The position numbers and the translations under genes are program-made. Below the pieces are notes generated by a model. That model did not search any database, had not been told where the DNA came from, and saw nothing but the letters and a program-made list of their open reading frames with translations. From an uncultured delta proteobacterium (GTDB lineage Bacteria > Myxococcota_A > UBA9160 > SMWR01), in the NCBI GenBank assembly GCA_963832165.1, contig CAWHTE010000001.1, positions 64,001-128,000 on the forward strand: 64,000 nt of DNA, given 5' to 3'. This document shows, piece after piece, positions 60,138-64,000 of this stretch (within the stretch, counting starts at the first letter, position 1; each line of letters begins with the position of its first letter).

Positions 60138-60189
60138 CGCCGCGCCACCGTAGCTCAAGCCCGGTTCGCCGCGAGTCGATCCATCGGCC

Positions 60190-60590
60190 ATGGAATCGAG
60201 ACGCAAGAACGAGTGTCCGCGCTGTGGTTTCGTCTACACCGCGTTCAACAGGCCCCGGCCCGCGAACAGCACCTTCGGAGAGCGGTTCGCCCGAAGCCTG
60301 CGCGATCAGGGGCGACACGGGCTCGGAGCGTTCGGGAGAGTTCGTTATGTCGCGGCCGAACACACGCGGCCGTTCCAGTGCCGCTGCGGCACGTGGTTGC
60401 AAGCGGCTCCGTGATCGTTCGGATGGGTGGACGTTGCGGGGATCGCCGTGCTTGCGGTGCTGCATGGGTACCTGGCGGAACAGTTCCCGTGGCTGCACAA
60501 CGCCTATGCGTTCGCGGTCCCGATCGGCCTCTGGATCGGCTACCGCCTCACGCGGCAAGTCGCAGTCGCGGAAGTTGCCACTCCGGCGCT
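60190..60590 (+). CDS. Possible small Cys-motif plus membrane protein (one frameshifted gene or two ORFs)
   Basis: CPRCG and CRCG motifs (60190-60414), followed by two hydrophobic segments in a neighbouring ORF (from 60427); end uncertain. Confidence 0.35.
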
Positions 60591-61612
60591 CAGTTCACCC
60601 GCAGCCGGCTCGCGGTCCGGCGCGCCGACCAGTGGCTCTCGCGGTTGGCGAAGTAGGGCGGCCGGCTCGCGAGCACCGACGTCTCCAGCCACAGCCTCTT
60701 CAGGTGCCGCACCCGGCCTGACGACCGGTCGTCTTCGTAGGCCGTGCGCCCGTGCATCACGTGGTAGTTGTTGATGAACTGGATGTCGCCGGGGAGCAGG
60801 TCCATCAAGACGTGGTTCACCGGGTCGTCGGCCATGCGGACGACCTCGACGAGCGCCTCTCGTTGGAGCTCGGAGAGCCGGGGAGCGTCCGGATGTCGCT
60901 GCGACGCAACGATGTAGGGCGGGATGCAGCGCACGAACAGGCGCTCGTCCCATTCCGTGAAGACCGGCAGCGAGTAGTAGGGTGAGCCGCCGGGCGGCTG
61001 CTCCCCGCGGTAGTCGTACGGGAACTCCGTGTACAGCGCGGCCGCGAGGTCTGGCCGCGAACGCACGAGCTGGTTGTGGATCGTCACCGAGTTGGCGACC
61101 GCCGAGAGTCCGCCCGCCCGGCCGTTCTCGAGGCACATGAGCCCGACGAGATCCGACCCATCGCAGTGGAACGGCAGCGCCGCCCCGCCGATCTCGTTGC
61201 CCCGCGCGGTCGGATCGTTCAGGGCCTTCTGCTGATCGGTGACGTCGCCGAGCACGTGACCGTGCTTGTTCTGCGCCCAGGGCGAACCGAGGTGCATGCC
61301 GATGCCCCAGTAGATGAGCTCCATCTCGGTTTGTGTGTAGGCCTCGCGATCGACGCCGCGCAGTCGGACGAAGCCGCGCCCGTCGATCAGCTCGCGCTCG
61401 ATGCGCGCCAACCGGGCCGCGAGCTTCGGAAGCGGGAAGTCGTCGCGTCCGAGCACCAACACGTCCTCGGACTTCTCCATCGCGTGACGCAGTGCGCTGT
61501 CGAGCTCCGCCAGCTCGGCGTCGTCGAAGCGTTCGGTCCAGACGTCCTCGTCGGCGACGTCTCCGGCCGTCCACTCGCACCGGGGCTCGAGAATCCGGAG
61601 TTCGCGCATCAT
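60590..61612 (-). CDS. TauD/TfdA family 2-oxoglutarate dioxygenase
   Basis: FHCDGSD (HxD), NNYHVMHGRT, RHLKRLW; AGGAG RBS. Confidence 0.9.
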   Translation of the reverse strand: MMRELRILEPRCEWTAGDVADEDVWTERFDDAELAELDSALRHAMEKSEDVLVLGRDDFPLPKLAARLARIERELIDGRGFVRLRGVDREAYTQTEMELIYWGIGMHLGSPWAQNKHGHVLGDVTDQQKALNDPTARGNEIGGAALPFHCDGSDLVGLMCLENGRAGGLSAVANSVTIHNQLVRSRPDLAAALYTEFPYDYRGEQPPGGSPYYSLPVFTEWDERLFVRCIPPYIVASQRHPDAPRLSELQREALVEVVRMADDPVNHVLMDLLPGDIQFINNYHVMHGRTAYEDDRSSGRVRHLKRLWLETSVLASRPPYFANRESHWSARRTASRLRVN

Positions 61613-61675
61613 GTGTCTCCTGGGGCGGTCGGCGGCGGTACCACGGGAGTTCACGGTACTGTAGGACCGAGCCGC

Positions 61676-62908
61676 ATGGCGAAGCCTCCCTACCGCGTCC
61701 GTCCCGAGACCGCGATCCTCACGCGGGGCTTCGACCCGTCGCTCTCGGTCGGCGCAGCGCGCCCTCCGGTCTACCGCACGTCGACGTTCGTGTTCTCGAG
61801 CCCCGAGGCCGCCGAGCGCGCGTTCGCGATCGCGCTCGGCAAGCTCTCGCCGACCGAGAACGAGGACGTCGATCTGATCTACGCGCGCCTCTCCCACCCG
61901 AACGCCGAGATCCTCGAAGATCAGCTCGTGCCGCTCGAGCGCGCCGCGAAATGCTCCGCGGTATTCAACTCGGGGATGGCGGCAATCGCCACGTGCTGCT
62001 TCGCGTTCGTGCCGCGCGGGGCTGCGATCCTTCACACACAGCCGCTCTACGGCGGTACGCAGCACCTGATCCACCAGGTGCTCGAGCCGCTCGGCTTCAC
62101 GGTGGTCGGCGTGCCGGCCGGCGATCGCGAGGCGCTCGCTCGCGCGGCCGCGAGGCTGCCCGAGCTCAAGCTCGTCTTCGTCGAGACGCCGGCCAATCCG
62201 ACGCTGTGCATGACCGACATCGCGCACGCGGTCGACGTCGCGCGCGCGCACCCGGCGAAGCCGCTCGTGGCCGTCGACAACACCTTCCTCGGGCCGACGT
62301 TCCAACACCCGCTCGACATCGGCGCCGATCTCGCGATCTACTCGGCGACCAAGTTCCTCGGCGGGCAGAGCGACATTCTCGGCGGCGTCGTGCTCGCGAA
62401 CGACGAGACGCTCGTGCAGGTGCTCCGCGGTGTCCGCGCGCTGTTCGGCAACATCCTCCAGGCGGACGAGGCCTGGATCCTCGATTCGCGTCTCGCGACC
62501 GTCACGCTGCGGATGAACCGCCAGAGCAAGAATGCCCAGCGGATCGCGGAGCGACTCGCCGCGCACCCGCGCGTGCGGCGCGTGTACTATCCCTCGCTGT
62601 TCGACGATCCCGAGCAGCAGCGGATCCGCGACGCGCAGTGCGATTTTCCGGGCTCGGTGTTCTCGATCGAGGTCGAGGGCGGCAAGCGCGGTGCGTTCGA
62701 GTTCCTGCGCCGGCTCAAGATCGCGCGCAACGCCGTGAGCCTGGGCGGCATCGAGTCGCTCGCGTGTCACCCGAAGACGACGACGCACAGCGAGCTCTCC
62801 GACGAGGAGCTCGCGACGTCCGGCATCACGGACGGGCTCGTGCGCATCTCGATCGGCACCGAGCACTGGAAGGATCTGATCGAGGATTTCGAGAGGTCGC
62901 TCTCGTAG
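61676..62908 (+). CDS. Cys/Met metabolism PLP enzyme (cystathionine gamma-synthase / methionine gamma-lyase family)
   Basis: YARLSHPN, SGMAAI, ETPANP, DNTF, SATKFLGG, VSLGG, RISIG. Confidence 0.93.
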   Translation: MAKPPYRVRPETAILTRGFDPSLSVGAARPPVYRTSTFVFSSPEAAERAFAIALGKLSPTENEDVDLIYARLSHPNAEILEDQLVPLERAAKCSAVFNSGMAAIATCCFAFVPRGAAILHTQPLYGGTQHLIHQVLEPLGFTVVGVPAGDREALARAAARLPELKLVFVETPANPTLCMTDIAHAVDVARAHPAKPLVAVDNTFLGPTFQHPLDIGADLAIYSATKFLGGQSDILGGVVLANDETLVQVLRGVRALFGNILQADEAWILDSRLATVTLRMNRQSKNAQRIAERLAAHPRVRRVYYPSLFDDPEQQRIRDAQCDFPGSVFSIEVEGGKRGAFEFLRRLKIARNAVSLGGIESLACHPKTTTHSELSDEELATSGITDGLVRISIGTEHWKDLIEDFERSLS

Positions 62909-62920
62909 CGCGCAGGCGCC

Positions 62921-63298
62921 TCAGCCGCGCTGGATCACGAGCACCTCGAAGCGCCCGCTCGGGCCGATCGTCCACGACACCGCGGCGCTCACGAGGCTCA
63001 CGACCAGCGAGCCCAGGAGCGCCGCGCCGAAGCCCGAGAGCATGAAGCCGTCGAGCAGCGCGGCCACGAGCGCGAGCATCGCCGCGTTGACCACGAGGAT
63101 GAACAGACCGAGCGAAAGGATCGTGAACGGCAGCGTGAGCAGCAGGGCGAGCGGTCGTACCACCGCGTTCACGAGGCCGAGCAGCAGCGCGGCCACCACG
63201 ATCGTCACGGTCCCCGTGATCGCCATGCCCGGCACGATCACGCTCGCGACCCAGAGCGCGAACGCACTGATCGCCATGCGCAACAGAAAACCGGGCAT
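62921..63298 (-). CDS. YvlD / 4-TM holin superfamily IV membrane protein
   Basis: LGLVNAVVRP..LTLPFTILSLGLFILVVNA. Confidence 0.88.
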   Translation of the reverse strand: MPGFLLRMAISAFALWVASVIVPGMAITGTVTIVVAALLLGLVNAVVRPLALLLTLPFTILSLGLFILVVNAAMLALVAALLDGFMLSGFGAALLGSLVVSLVSAAVSWTIGPSGRFEVLVIQRG

Positions 63299-63315
63299 GA
63301 CGTGAGCCTAGTGGT

Positions 63316-63684
63316 TCAGTGCCGGGCGTGCCGGGCGACCTTTTCGGAATCATCTCCCGGTCCGAAATAGCTCCAGGGGTATTCCGGCTCGAGGATCGGC
63401 TCGAAGTTGGCGGGAGCCGCGATCGGCGCCGTGAGCAGCTCGTAGACGCCGATCGGCGGTCGCAGGATCGCCATGCCGAGGCCCTTGGCGAAGCCCGCGG
63501 TCCAGCCCGCGGGCGCTCCCTCGCGGCGGGTCGTCTCCATGATGTTGCCGGGGATCTCCAGGAACGGCGTCGTCATGGCCGCGAGTCCGCGACCGGCCTT
63601 CTCGAGCGGCGTGTCCGCGCTCGAAGCGATCGGCCAGCACAACATCGCCACGGCCACCAGAAGCAAGTTGTATCGAGTCCTCAT
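63316..63684 (-). CDS. TIGR04073-like (putative exosortase-associated) protein
   Basis: Signal peptide, KAGRGL..FLEIPG..GFAKG..GVYELLTAP pattern. Confidence 0.7.
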   Translation of the reverse strand: MRTRYNLLLVAVAMLCWPIASSADTPLEKAGRGLAAMTTPFLEIPGNIMETTRREGAPAGWTAGFAKGLGMAILRPPIGVYELLTAPIAAPANFEPILEPEYPWSYFGPGDDSEKVARHARH

Positions 63685-63845
63685 GACTTCATACCTCCAT
63701 CACCAACGCGGCATAGAAGCAGAACACGTGCCAACTTCTCTCGGTGCATCGCGGGTGTGCGCGTTCGCGTTTGCAAAGAGGAACCCGCGCCTTTCTACAA
63801 TCGCGCAGCCAGCGCAGTAGAATCGCTGTGCGCGCGGAGGTCGCC

Positions 63846-64000
63846 ATGCTGCAGCTTCGCATCCACGGCCCGAACAAGGTCAGCCTCGACGACGTGCCGA
63901 TGCCCGCGCTCGGGCCGCGCGACGCGCTGCTGCGCGTGAAGGCGTGCGGCATCTGCGGCAGCGATCTCGGCTACGTGAAGTACGGCGGGGTCGCGGGACC
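63846..64000 (+). CDS. Zinc-binding alcohol dehydrogenase family, N-terminus only
   Basis: GGAGG RBS, MLQLRIHGP ... VKACGICGSD; truncated by the window edge. Confidence 0.85.
   Translation, partial: MLQLRIHGPNKVSLDDVPMPALGPRDALLRVKACGICGSDLGYVKYGGVAG

Noticed and set aside
62921..63298. Holin-family gene as a sign of prophage
   Set aside because: YvlD-like genes are common chromosomal genes and no other phage genes are present.

Overview
A very GC-rich (roughly 70% by eye), gene-dense bacterial window. It looks like an uncultured Myxococcota/Deltaproteobacteria-type organism, but that is inference only. About 19 single-base frameshifts split otherwise intact genes, which points to long-read or assembly error rather than pseudogenes. 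The main content is a dispersed ~36 kb secondary-metabolite region (13.9-49.7 kb). (i) An aryl-polyene (APE)-type type II PKS set is split into three blocks: KS+CLF; then acyltransferase, ACP, ligase-dehydratase, GT2, hotdog dehydratase, FabG, halogenase and COG4648 protein with divergent LolA, MMPL and DUF3261-like genes; then MIO ammonia-lyase, thioesterase and methyltransferase. (ii) A second carrier-protein module (ACP, stand-alone condensation-like protein, FAD oxidoreductase, adenylating enzyme) is divergent from a flavin halogenase and a CrtI-like oxidoreductase. (iii) A transport block has a NitT/TauT-family ABC ATPase in one reading frame with a third flavin-dependent halogenase, beside an ABC protein whose ATPase motifs are degenerate. 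There is also a RAYT/IS200-like HUH transposase and a GTAG-type REP family that repeatedly supplies stop codons. A second short repeat family has one copy translated in-frame inside a DUF3604 gene. The rest is ordinary: detoxification and redox enzymes, a catabolic operon, LemA-TPM-TPM, TauD, a PLP lyase and a holin-family gene. No rRNA, tRNA or CRISPR array was seen. All family calls come from motif recognition, not database searches.
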